A stretch of DNA of 64,000 nucleotides, from contig NC_043003.1 in the NCBI RefSeq assembly GCF_006345805.1, positions 34,968,001-35,032,000 of the forward strand, given 5' to 3'. Below, in pieces: positions 14,851 to 27,762 of this stretch. Under the pieces are notes generated by a model, which saw only the letters and a program-made list of their open reading frames with translations, did not search any database and was not told where the DNA came from. The stretch comes from Octopus sinensis (taxonomy: Eukaryota). Position numbers and translations under genes: made by a program. Positions within the stretch are counted from its first letter, which is position 1. Every line of letters starts with the position of its first letter.

Positions 14851-14881
<31 letters not shown>

Positions 14882-15165
14882 TGTATGTATGTATGTATCG
14901 TCTAATATATTTCTCTTTGCTAAACGCCATTTTTTTTAAAAACCAGATGAAGCGTCTTACTATATTATACCTTCGCAATAATTTTAATATATTTTTTCTT
15001 CATCTCAAGATTATTTTCTAGCAAAGTAATTACCCATGGGACGGTTTACTCTAAATGGGTCTCATAGTGACAGACGGTTCATATTATTAAATTCCTAAAT
15101 TCCGCGCAAAATAACAAACACGTATTCACATATAGACATTCTCAATTGGAGTTGCACACAGAGAC

Positions 15166-15293
<128 letters not shown>

Positions 15294-15399
15294 ACTATAT
15301 ATCTATCTATCTATTTATCTATCTATCTGTCTGTCTGTCTGCTTCTGTCAATCTCTCTCTCCCTCTTTCTCTATCTCTCTCCCTCTCTCTTTCTCTCTC

Positions 15400-15488
<89 letters not shown>

Positions 15489-15761
15489 AATGGGAGTTCG
15501 TGCCTATAATTGGTGTGTTTCTCTATATGAAAGTAAATGAATGTACGGATTGGATTGAAAATATGAGTGAACTAATGGAAATTCTTGTTTCAAATCCATT
15601 CGCTACTTTCGATATAACTAATATGTATACGCGCCCAGACATTCATTCAAAAAGACATTCACAAACACATATACGTGTATGTATATATGTATGTATGTAT
15701 GTATAAATGTATGTATGTATGTATTATGTATTATGTAAGTATGTACGTATGTATGCATGCA

Positions 15762-15826
<65 letters not shown>

Positions 15827-16729
15827 CTATCAATTTATCTATCTATCTCACTCTCATTTTGTTGAGAAGCAAAAATCTTATCACGATATATATGTCTTAT
15901 GATTTGAAGGAGACTACTATCGGTCTGAGTCGAGAAAAAATGTATTCATTGACAAAGTTCAAACATTTTTGTTATTTTCGCGTACCATTCGAAGAGGATG
16001 CTGGACTGACATAAATTTTCATTCGGTTTCTCTGTAACATAGAGTATAAACAATGAATAAAAAATCAGTATCACTTGCATTGTTTTATTTACAAAAATTT
16101 GACGCTTCCTAGGTCACAGATTCAGCCCACATTTTTCTCCCAGTTGCGTTTGCCTCACATAACTCACCTCTACCTACATAAATTATAGCACATGACATAC
16201 CGATCAAAAAATTGTCAACACGTACTAAATACCCTAAATTATCAGCTACACACCTATCAATATCTGTACCGTACGCACAATCTTTGATGCTGTCTGTCTT
16301 GGTGAAAGAGATCGTCGTTCAGATGAGCGTTTTTACGAGTACTTTTGCTGCATTCTTCACCACACCCGGAGTAACCTGCATCCTGTTACAACACACCTTG
16401 CCACTCCGTTAATCCCATTTTGATATCTGTCTTTTCCGTCCGTCAGGGAACGTCACATTATCGAAGAACACATATTTTCTATCGGAAACACCAGTTAAAT
16501 TTTTCTCATCTCAATCTGTATCACCTATTTTTATCTAAGTCAGTTTGTTAGACATATAAAAAATGCTTTCACCTTTATTTTTTTTTTACTTTACATTCTC
16601 CAAATTGTTATATTTTCATTTGTACGTAAAATAGGTATGATCGAGGTGTTCCAACAAAACCTGTATTAAAAAACAGAATAATCCTTTCAATTTTGACACA
16701 CAAGATCAGCCATTTTGTGAGCAGAGTGT

Positions 16730-16860
16730 TAGTCGATTACAGCGATCCCTGTATACTTTACATATTCTAACGATCCAGAAAGGATGAAAAGCACAACTGA
16801 CTACGGAGGGCTCTGAAATTCGAACATATAAAGTCAAAAGTAGCACTGACGTTCTAGTGA
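16730..16860 (-). mobile_element. Old degenerate SINE fragment (same family as 22204-22328, 54767-54885 and 63865-64000)
   Basis: AGTCGATTACAGCGATCC...CCAGAAAGGATGAAAAGC resembles the family motif GTCGATTACAT.GACCCC...CCCCGAAAGGATGA.AGGC. Confidence 0.5.
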
Positions 16861-17570
16861 TTGCACTGCTCTCATTCTCATCATCACTATCATTTGGTCA
16901 TTCAAATTCGTATTTGAAGCTGAAATGAGCAAAAGCTCTCGAATTCTCTTTGGGTGTTTCTCAAATCTGTTCTCTACGCGAATATACATTTCCTTTAACA
17001 CACACACACATATGTATGTACGTGAATATGTATGTATGTAATATGCATCTATGACAATGGCCGTGTTATTTTATAATCAGAAATGTCACTCACACCTTTA
17101 TTGTTTATTCAAAGAGGCAGCTTATTTGCGTCAAGATGTTGACATTTATTTTGTCATATCTTTGATTTAACGGTTTCTAATATAGTCTACATTATATTTT
17201 CCGTTTGGGAATAGTCAAACATACACATTTAAATACACATGTGTGTGTGTGTGTGTATGTGGCTGTATATGTGTTTGTGTGTGTGTGTGTGCGTGTGTTT
17301 CTATATATAAGATACTCCATTTTTTAACTGTATCGAAGTAAAATGTCCCCCGTCTGCCGATATACAATTATACTAAATATTCTGATGGTGTCACTTTGGC
17401 ATTTGCTTTTTCTTTCCTTGTTGAAATATGCCAAATCTTTTCTTCCACAAAACAAACGAGTGCATAAATATAATGTTGTTACATGGGTGGTAGTAGCAAA
17501 AAATTTACAAACTTACCCATATGTTTCAGGTTTGAACCGTTTAGTAAGAAAAATATAAATCAACTCTGCA

Positions 17571-17600
17571 GTGACTTACCTGAAAAATAAAGGAAACACT
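17571..17600 (-). promoter_or_regulatory. Juxtaposed 3' splice site and 5' splice site (recursive-splice-like site)
   Basis: The minus strand reads GTGTTTCCTTTTATTTTTCAG|GTAAGTCAC: a polypyrimidine tract and CAG directly followed by a perfect GTAAGT. Confidence 0.4.
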
Positions 17601-17987
17601 TCAATAGTATAGTTATAAAAATGTGAAAAATAATATACAGAGTAAATGAAAAGAAGAAATTGAGAGTCAGATGGTTGCTCATAAACATATGCGTAAAAGC
17701 AAGAATAAACACGCACATACACTCACACACACACACGTATACACGCACAGACATAAATGCATAAATATACCCAAGCACTAAGCACGCTGTCGTAAATATA
17801 ACCCTTGCCCATACAAGAATAACTCTACAACTCTTGAACGATTTTTCCGTATCTCACAAGACTTTCTCTACAATCTTTCAACGTCATCTACAGCATCACG
17901 GCCTAAATCTGAAGTGCTATTTGTGGCTGTATAACAGGCAGCAGACTTGATGAATACTTGTAAAGTATATATACGTAGTATTCTACT

Positions 17988-18313
17988 GTGATTACTGCGT
18001 GGTTTAGTCATTAGGGTATTCGGCTAACAATCGTAAGGTCGTCAGTTCAATTCCCGCCAACGCCTTGTGTCCTTGTGCAAGATACTTCATCTCAAGTTGC
18101 TCCAGTTCACTCAGCTGGCAAAAGTGAGAAGGACTTGTGCTTCAAAAGGCCAGCCTCGTCACACTCTGAGTCGCGCTGAATCTCCCTGAGAACTGCGTTA
18201 AAGGTACACGTTTCTTTGGAGTGCTCAGCCACTTGCATGTTAAATTCACGTGCAGTCAATTCCGTTGATCGGCTCAACTGGTTCTCTTGTCGTCGTAACT
18301 GACGGAGTGCCAC
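17988..18313 (+). mobile_element. tRNA-derived SINE with CORE-like central domain
   Basis: A-box-like TGGTTTAGTCATTAGG and B-box-like AGTTCAATTCCC, followed by TGTGTCCTTGTGCAAGATACTT (similar to the CORE/MIR core). Candidate 9-bp target-site duplication TATTCTACT at 17979-17987 and 18314-18322. Confidence 0.85.
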
Positions 18314-18936
18314 TATTCTACTACGTATGCGAGGCCAATCTTTCACCACACAGTACAACGCATCGGACGAATCCATTACACATCTATCATTGTCCGGAAT
18401 CTATGCAATCAGTAGATCATAGAATTTGAAGGAAGCATAAGGAACAAAGTGACATAGCAATCTGAAACATAGTTCTGACGAGCTTAAATTAACATCTATT
18501 CATTTTCTTCTACACTCCCTTCATTCTGCAATACGAAATTTGACGTCTTACATCTTCTCGTCCTAATTTTCGATTCACCACTTACATCTCTTGGCCTTTT
18601 TTTCTTTCTCTCTTTTGCTCCTCTGTCTATGTTTGTTCCGTATCTCAGGGTGTGATTCTGTCTATATCCTGTCTATCTATGCACTTGATGTAGTTTCACC
18701 TTTCTCACCAGTTGCTTTGCCAATCACTATGATATAAAAGCCGTAAAACATATTTTTCTTCTTAATTCTACTTAATTTGTAACTTGCAGAAAATTTTATC
18801 CGAATCTGTATGTGCAGGTATATATATATGTATGTATATATGTGTATATATAGGTATGTATGTATGTATGTATATATATGTTTATTTATATGTATATACA
18901 TATATATGTATGTATATATGTTATATATATGTATAT

Positions 18937-18999
<63 letters not shown>

Positions 19000-19001
<2 letters not shown>

Positions 19002-19097
19002 CTCAGAGGTTCACGCTCTTGTTCGTCGTGTCCGAACGGGAAAGTGAAACTCTTAGTAACAATGTCTGTGATATTTTTGCTGCTTTTTAATAAAGTA
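19000..19097. mobile_element. Internally deleted palindromic element (family B, homologous to 27763-27938)
   Basis: Left ACTCAGAGGTTCACG..TTCGTCG is the inverse of right CCGAACGGGAAAGTGAAACTCTTAGTAAC. It has the same GATATTTTTG.T..TTT.AATAAAG.ATA end as the 27.9 kb copy and is flanked by (TA)n. Confidence 0.7.
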
Positions 19098-19116
19098 TAT
19101 ATATATATATATATAT

Positions 19117-19147
<31 letters not shown>

Positions 19148-19186
19148 TATATATCTATATACATATATATATATATTATATATATA

Positions 19187-19239
<53 letters not shown>

Positions 19240-19249
19240 CACACACGCA

Positions 19250-19580
19250 CACGTCAAGGTCACCAGCCCTCTTCCACACACACATATATGCTCTCTTATA
19301 CACACGCATGCGCTCCTTCATTTTGGGATCACCACTACTTTATTATCTCCCCTTCTTCCTAGCTCTCCTATGTGACCCCACTGTCCGGTATTCGCCATGA
19401 TACATCGCTAGCCGCTACACATTCTTTATTTTCTACCCTTCTTTCTTTCTGTGTCGTTTTCGGTGGAATAGCGTAGGCACGAAACGTTAATGACTTTTTC
19501 ACTTCCCGAGCTTTAAACAAGTTTGTTATCTACACCACCTGTCTTCGTCTTTTGTTTTTTTTTGTGAATTCTTACCCTAT
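19250..19580 (+). mobile_element. Longer copy of family A (Penelope-like terminal repeat) with a degenerate hammerhead motif at 19455-19492
   Basis: Homologous to 3686-3900. Retains GC-GTAG-GC, GAAAC and the palindromic AACGTT. Embedded in (TA)/(CA) repeats. Confidence 0.6.
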
Positions 19581-19995
19581 ATATACATGTATATACATAC
19601 ATACATACATATATATATATATATACGTATATATATTATACACACACAACTATCAAATGTGAAACTATTAACATGTATACAAATGTATATGTAAATACAC
19701 ATGTATATGTATATACACAGTGAAACCATATAAAAGTGAAACTATTATATCACATTACAATAGAGATGTTATTTCGATTTTGACACGTAATACCGAAACA
19801 GTCTAAGAGATTGCATTGCTTCGGAATCGCATTAGGCAAGAAGTTGAAAATTGTTTTGGCCCATGATACTCCATGGACCCTAATCAATGCATGTGTAAAA
19901 CTTGAATGGAATCGGTTGGTTAGTTGTCGAGTTGTAGTGATGCACACATACAGATACACAAGCACAGGCAGACAAACACACATCCTCAGCTTTAC

Positions 19996-20038
<43 letters not shown>

Positions 20039-20450
20039 ATATATATGGATCTATAGTGTTTTGGGGAAGACAGAAAAGGAAGTATACAATATAAATATGT
20101 CACAAACATACACGAAATACACAATAGGTATATACAATAAAATAAAGATGCAAGTATCTGGATATACAATATCATACATTTAAAAGGTAGAGAGAAATCA
20201 TTGAATACGTTGAACTCAAAGGTATTTATACAAAATTTATACTATGCATGCAAAGGTCGTTATATTAGTATAAGTATTCCAGAAAGTAACGTACTAGTTG
20301 AAATTTATATATTTGGTCACATGTGTGTTTGAGTGCGTGTGCGTGTATGTATGTGTGTGCGTGTGTGTGGAGAGAGAGATAGTGAGGGAGAGAAAAAGCA
20401 ACAAATATAATAATAAACAGACCGACAGAGAGACAGATAGACATATAAAT

Positions 20451-20537
<87 letters not shown>

Positions 20538-20592
20538 TTTATGTATAGAGAAAGGACAGAAGACAAAATCATGTAAGACTTTTATCATTAAC

Positions 20593-20733
20593 AGGTGCAG
20601 GCGTGGCTGTATAGAAAAAACCTTGCTTCCAAACCACATAGTTCTGTGTTCAGTTCCTTGGTTCCTTGGGCAAGTTTATTCTACCAGAGCCTTGTGAGTG
20701 GATTTGGTAGACGGAAACTGAAATAAGCCTGTC

Positions 20734-20783
<50 letters not shown>

Positions 20784-20832
20784 TAATATATATAATATAT
20801 ATATATATTATATATATATATATTATATATAC

Positions 20833-20897
<65 letters not shown>

Positions 20898-21228
20898 TGT
20901 GTGTGTGTGTATGTGTGTGGTGTGTGTGTGTGTGAGTGTTTGTGTCTGTGTTTTCCCCTCCACCATTGTTTGACAACCGTGGAGCACCGCATTTTAGTCG
21001 AAGAAATCGATCACTGGACTTATTCCTTGCAAGCCTGGTACTAATTCTATCGGTCTATTTTGCCGAACCGCAAAGTCACGGTAACTTTGCGGTTCGGCAA
21101 AATAGACCGATAGAATTAGTACCAGGCTTGCAAGGAATAAGTCCAGTGATCGATTTCTTCGACTAAAATGCGGTGCTCCAGCATGGCCACAGTCAAAATG
21201 ACTGAAACACGTAAAAAGAATAAAATAA

Positions 21229-21230
<2 letters not shown>
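20593..21230 (+). mobile_element. tRNA-derived SINE with internal (TA)n/(TG)n tract and an internal foldback inversion
   Basis: Head AGGTGCAGGCGTGGCTGT, then CCTTGGGCAAG, GAGTGGATTTGGTAGACGGAAACTGAAA, the microsatellite, and tail GCGGTGCTCCAGCATGGCC.CAGTC. Colinear with the reverse complement of 47611-47989. Confidence 0.9.
20980..21180. repeat. Perfect inverted repeat: 97-bp arms with a 7-nt spacer
   Basis: 20980-21076 is the exact reverse complement of 21084-21180 (checked base by base); the spacer is CACGGTA. Confidence 0.97.
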
Positions 21231-21292
<62 letters not shown>

Positions 21293-22139
21293 TATATATT
21301 CTGCGGATATAAGTATTCACGGTAAGTAATTTACTGGTGTGATATCGTTTTCATATAGGATGCTCTAAGTTGGATTTAGCTCTGCCCATACGTAAAATCA
21401 ATGGACAATATAAATTTACACAGGAAATGAGAAAAATTAATAGAAAACATCAACGTTTTGCTGCTGTTTCTTTACTTAGAAAAATTCCGAAAACAACTCT
21501 AATAACCGGAGTTAATATTTTAAACATATTTTTATATAAATTCAACGAAAAGTAAATCTCTTAGAAAAATAAATATACATTTGTCGAGTAAAGAATCTTA
21601 GAAGTAATTGGTAAACATTAAAGAAATTCGTTTTTCGTGCAATAATGTAACGGAATTTAATGATTGCTAAACGGACAGGACACTAGAACATGAAATCACG
21701 TCCTATATTTTAATATAAATTCCTATATATTAATGATGGCTTATCTGGACATCAACACATGTTTATATCATTCGCAGTAGTAAAGTAGCTGGCGTGAGGT
21801 CGGCATGAGCGGGCAAGGCGCCTTACATCAAAGTTACTAATTACACGCATAGTGGTGAATGGTAGAAGTTAATTCTGAAAGTTGGAGCCGTAAAGAAAAA
21901 TTCTTGTTTCGGTTGCAAAAGGATTTACAAACATCTCTAATATATTATATTTTAATATCTGTTTATGAAATGTGCATTAAAAGAGCTAAAAAAAATACTA
22001 GTACTCTAAACAAGAAATCATGAATTCTGTTTCCAACAATGATATATTTGCTGTTAGCAAAAATTCGTTGAATATTTTACGAACTTTGTCGTAAAATATT
22101 TCGCATTGAAAATATATTTTCATTATCATCGTGTGTGAG

Positions 22140-22416
22140 AAAGCGCCTGACTTAGTGCTTAGGGTATTTGGCTTACGATCAAACAGTTGTGAGTTCGATT
22201 TTCCTTGGTACTTAATTTATGGACCCCGAAAGGATGACAGGCGAAGTCGACCTCGGCGGAATTTGAACTCAAAGCGTACAGACAGACGAAATACCGCTAA
22301 GCATTTCGCCCGGCGTGCTAACGTTTCTTCTTTCTTTATTGCCCGCAAGGGGCTAAACATAGAGGGGTTAAATAAGGACAGACAAAGGGATTAAGTTGAT
22401 TACATTGACCCCCAGT
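22140..22416. mobile_element. Cluster of SINE pieces: CORE-type head (+, about 22140-22203), second-family SINE (-, about 22204-22328) and its displaced 3' segment (about 22329-22416)
   Basis: CTTAGTGCTTAGGGTATTTGGC..GAGTTCGATT matches the 17997 head. GGACCCCGAAAGGATGACAGGCGAAGTCGACCTCGGCGGAATTTGAACTC is the reverse of the 54767 and 63865 copies. Confidence 0.8.
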
Positions 22417-22422
22417 GTGTAT

Positions 22423-22459
<37 letters not shown>

Positions 22460-25253
22460 CAGAGAGAAAGAGAGAGCGAGAGAGAGAGAGAGTGAGAGAG
22501 TGAGAGAGAGAGGGGGAGAAAAGAACTGATATGAAGTTGCATCATGTGTTAGTTAAGGTGATAATAGAGAGAGATATGAGAAAAATGAAGCAAATTGAAA
22601 TGACATTGAATTGGTGCAGACCTATCATTTTACATGCGAACACACACACGCAAACATATATACATATATGTATTCACTGAGAACAGTAATATCTGGTTGT
22701 GGTGATGTGGATAATGTGTTAGTTCACTCAGTTGGTAGTATGTTAGCTAATTGAGAGGAAGCAAATTATTTTTGTAAACCGAAATTTCAAAAATATATAT
22801 CGTAAGAGCGCGTGTGCCTCAATGGAAATGTTATGCCCCGGGAAACATTTTTTACAAGGAATAATTTTATTTTAAGTCTCTATTAAAAATGTCCAATCAA
22901 AAGAAAACTACATGAAATGAGTTGAAAGGTTCCTTTCTTCTTGCTTAACTTAATTCTAATTGTGGTTTTAACAAATAGTTTGTTTTGTGTATTTGACAAG
23001 AATGTAATACAGTTGTTTTTTTAATGAAGTTTTAATAGTTCTGTAGAAAATAATGGAGTCTCTATCCTGCGGACAATTGTCATCTTATTTTTATACGTAC
23101 CGTCGTGAGCACTTGTATTAGGAGACACATATGTAACTTTTGTAGAAATACACGTTAACAACACACTAAATTGCAGTTATTAGTTTAAATTAATATTTGG
23201 TATTGTTAAAATTAATACAAATTTCTACAATGTCAATTTGAAACTAATACCGTCAGAAAATCAACTAACCACGAGGCCTTCGTAATTAAATATTAGTGCA
23301 CCATTCTCGTGATTCACTGCTCAGATAGAGAAATCTGTAAATAAATTAACGTAGTCCACAGCCAATGAAAAAGTAGCTCGAACCCTTTAAAATAAATCTA
23401 ACTACATTTACTCAATTGCCTGCTTAGAATGATAGGAATAAAAGGGTTAGAATAAAATGTGTTACAGAAATGATAAAGGGTTTTGTTAAATAAAGAATGA
23501 CGAGAAAAGGAGACTAGGAAACTTGCACAGAAGACGAGTGATAGACATGATTTGTATAGCAGGAGGAAATTCAGAGATTGAGACAGTGCACTACAACATA
23601 TGAGTAATTGAGAGTGTATGTGTATGCGTGTGTATAGAAAGCAGAATATTGCTGCAAATTATACGTTATAAAATGTCTGCTGTTTACTGAACAAAATGGC
23701 GAAGACGGAGAGAAAAATAATGGAAAAGATAGGTGTGTAGAGCTTCAAAATGACTCAGTTAGAAGCGTAACTTTGCCTTTGAAACTATTTGTCACGACAA
23801 TGTCCTACTGAAAATATAATCCTTTGCGACAGTTAGCGATAATTTGCTTACAAATTCTTGTTGGATGGGAAAATGAGGTTAAATAACACCAGCCTAATTA
23901 AATAAGCGAGATGACTCGTCAATTGATTTGCGAAGATACACTAAGCATGCGCTGTTGAATATGAAATATCGGTGTAATATCAAAGTTTATCTAGAAACAC
24001 ATGTCTCGTGCAACATTGAAGCGCAGGAAATTAATAGCACTTCCAAAGTTGGTGGTAAAATAACGCGAATATTTTATTGACAAGGAAAATAAAAATTAAA
24101 TATCAAATTTAATTTGAATGTGAATAATATGTTTACTTAAATTATCCCATGTTGGCTGAATTCTTGTTAATATGAAGGCAATACCTCTCAGTGGAGTATT
24201 TGAAATTAGAATATTAATCAGTTTTAATATATTTTCTTTTACTAAAAGTTGTTATTGTAGATTAAGGGATTCCACTTCGTTAGATTGATATTCTTCCAGC
24301 CTTTTCTCCTCTATTTCAAGTTATTTTTGTTTCTTCTTCAGTGTATTTTTATGTTTTATGATTGATATATTTATAAACCAGAAAATAGCATTGCTTCAAA
24401 AGAACATTATTCATTTTGGAAATCATTTTATAAAATCTATTTAATAAAATATAGTTTCCCATGTAAGCAAATATTTACTGTTATACTTAGATAGCGATAT
24501 ATATGTGTGTGTATGTGTGTATGTATATGTATGTATGTATATATATATATATATTATATTATATATATATAAATAGATACATATATACATATATATTATA
24601 CACACGCATATGTGTGTATATATATATATGTATATGTATATGTGTGTGTTTGTGTGTGTGTGTGTATGTGTGTGTGTGTGTGTGTGTGTTACTGTGTGTA
24701 AAGATACAAACAGTCGAAACAGATGTAGGTGGGATATTCTTCACACCATAACACATGTCCTTCAAAACATTCACATATTTGCTACTTGCAGCCACATAGA
24801 GATGATAGGTACGGTTTATATATATTGACAGAAAGAAGTGTCCACCGGTCATCTAATTACTATGAAACAACTTTGTCCATATCAGTTATATTTCGATTGT
24901 TATTGCAATTTTTATGCCACAAGTCCTTTAATATATCATCTATATATCTACATACACTGCTGGCTATAAAGATTTGTATGTATTTACTTACGCATAGTCT
25001 TATATGTACAATGATCATTTTAATACCTATGCAATGAAACCACGATACTGATGTTTCTCCTTATCTATTGAAGCCTGTATTGTATAGTACAATGTATGAT
25101 CCATTGACATTTCGTCTGTCGAAAACTATTTACATACTCAACCACAACATCACACTCATGCATAACAACTATACACATATATATGATTCATGTTTACATA
25201 TACATCCCACACATACACACACAAGCATATACACACAATACAACGCACACTTG

Positions 25254-25320
<67 letters not shown>

Positions 25321-25391
25321 TTGTACGTCGTCCGTGCATCCAGCCATCATTCCCTCAATCTCTCTATCTATCTCTTTACCTACCTACTTAC

Positions 25392-25476
<85 letters not shown>

Positions 25477-27762
25477 CATTTATCTATCTAGCTAGCTAGC
25501 TATCATTCGCTCGAGCGAGCAAACAAACTAGCTAGTCAACGCACGAAGAGACTTACTAATTAAGTAGTGATGTTATCCATCTTCATCACTTATGGGATCC
25601 ACTGATGTAATGCGTATAAGCTGTATGGAATATAGTGGGACATGTCATATCATCGCCCGCAATCCTCGCCCGCGTTTAAGATATTCTACTCTCAGTGGCA
25701 AGTTTCATCTTGTTTAGAACTGTTGTAATATTCTGGTGCAGTTTAGTACAAAGAATATAAGAAAACACACGACTCCAATGCATACGCTTTGCATTCAGTC
25801 TGAATAAGAAGCATCAATATAAGGTTCAGATATTTTATGGGGTTATTATCATGTAACTCTCTTGTTGTATGCTTGTATTTTTCATTTCCCTATTTCTTCC
25901 TGCCACAAATTTCAAAACTTCTTTCGAAAACTATATAACTATATATTCAACGCTTCCGGGAATAGGGTTATTGTCAGTTTCGGAACTGAATATCTTACGT
26001 CCATTTACATGTTTACACACACACAAGTGCCATCATAACTTACCAGACACGAACACATGAGTGTGTGTATATGACCGTGTGCGTGTTTTGTGTGTGATTG
26101 TGTTTGCATCAAAGTCAAGGATAAAGTAAAGACGATGAATTAAATAAAAATTGATAGAAAGTTATGTATATATACATGCCTGTATATGTGTAAGTGTGTG
26201 TGTGTGTATGTATGCTTATTCCTTCGTAATAACTAAGCAATTCGAGCTGTAGCCCATACTACTAATAATCCAAATAGTGTTTCCAGTAATCGCTAAGGAA
26301 GACCTACTTCTTAAAAATAGACGAACTGTCCAGCCACAATTCACACAAAAGCCGAAGGAACAAGACTGAGCGTTGTCACTATTGAAGAAGTGGCGACTTT
26401 ACAGGTTTCAATGTTCTACTATAATAAATACCATTTTCACAAATTCGATGGAGAAACTGGAGGCTTGGGACATTCACTATGTATTAATGAACACGCAGAC
26501 CGGTTGTTATTGTTGTTGTTGTTGTGGTTGTTGTTGTTCTTAATAGTGTTGTATTCAGCCAAATTCTTTAATCTAAAGCTGAAATCTGTCATTCTGTGAA
26601 GCTGTAGCCTTATCAATGCAAGATTTTTCATATTGCCAGGTCGTTGAAGTTGCATCTTGATCATTATTCTTTAGCCAGAGGCATTGAGAAAAGCTTCAGG
26701 AAACACGACGTACCTTGGGCAAATATAGCAAGCTCGTATGTATTGTTGATCTGTGAGTTTTTAAATTTGGTTATTCTTCTATATGTCTGAATTAAAAGTA
26801 TGATTTAGAATTGCATATGTTCTCTTTTATTTTCTTCTCTTTCAAAATGTCTATATATATAATCACGTGCGTATGTGGGATTATTGTGTGTATATATGTA
26901 TGTATGTATTATATATGCGAATATAAATGTGAATGTAACTTCAAATACACATACATGTATACATACATAAATATATATATGTATGTGTGTATGTGTATAT
27001 ATATATATATATAATATATATATATGTGTGTGTGTGTGTGTATGTATATAATTGAATGTATGTGAATGTATGTGCATATATATATACTTCTGCTAGCTAT
27101 GCAACCAGCTTGAAAAATAAGATTTGGAGATATAGATATACTCAAATGAATATAAACATCTATGTAGACATGCGCACAATCACGCAGATACTCAATCACG
27201 CGCACGCGCACACACACACACACACAGACCCTCAGATGATTAAATATACGTATATGTATATTCGTGGTAGTTCTAAGTGGGTGTTGGCGGCAGTGCGCAT
27301 GTGTATGAGATAGTGTGATGGCGAGTTACGTACATGTATATAACTGTATTGTTAATTAGCTATCAAGTTTAGAATATAGCTTATCCTCAATTAAACATTT
27401 TATTGTAAAGTAAAGCCCGCAGGATTCTTGTCCTTGTTTTCCAATGTACAATACGATAAAGTTGAATGGATTCAACAAGATATGAAAATGAGTTTACGTC
27501 AGAATCGCCAACTTGAACTCCTATGCTGCTCTTGCCACCACAGCTTTGTAAACTCATGTGATTGATCTGACCTGCTAGAAATAGTATCTTTTATCCTTTA
27601 TTTGTTTCAGTCATTGCTGTCGAATGGATTAATTTCAGTACTTATTTTTTAGGTGGAACTAAACACATCAATACTGGTTGGTTGTCAAGCAGTCGCAGGG
27701 GCTAAAATACAGACACAAAGACACACACACTTAGACATACATACATACATATATGTATATAC

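Noticed and set aside
16212-16412. 66-aa plus-strand ORF in non-repetitive sequence
   Set aside because: No recognisable motif, no good donor site, and the length is expected by chance.
17997-18060. tRNA-like sequence with A and B boxes
   Set aside because: It cannot form a full cloverleaf and continues into a SINE body; it is a SINE head, not a tRNA gene.
19716-19970. Possible DNA-transposon or Helitron end fragment (GTGTAAAACTTGAATGGAATCGG)
   Set aside because: Only a vague resemblance; no TIR pair, target-site duplication or second copy in the window.
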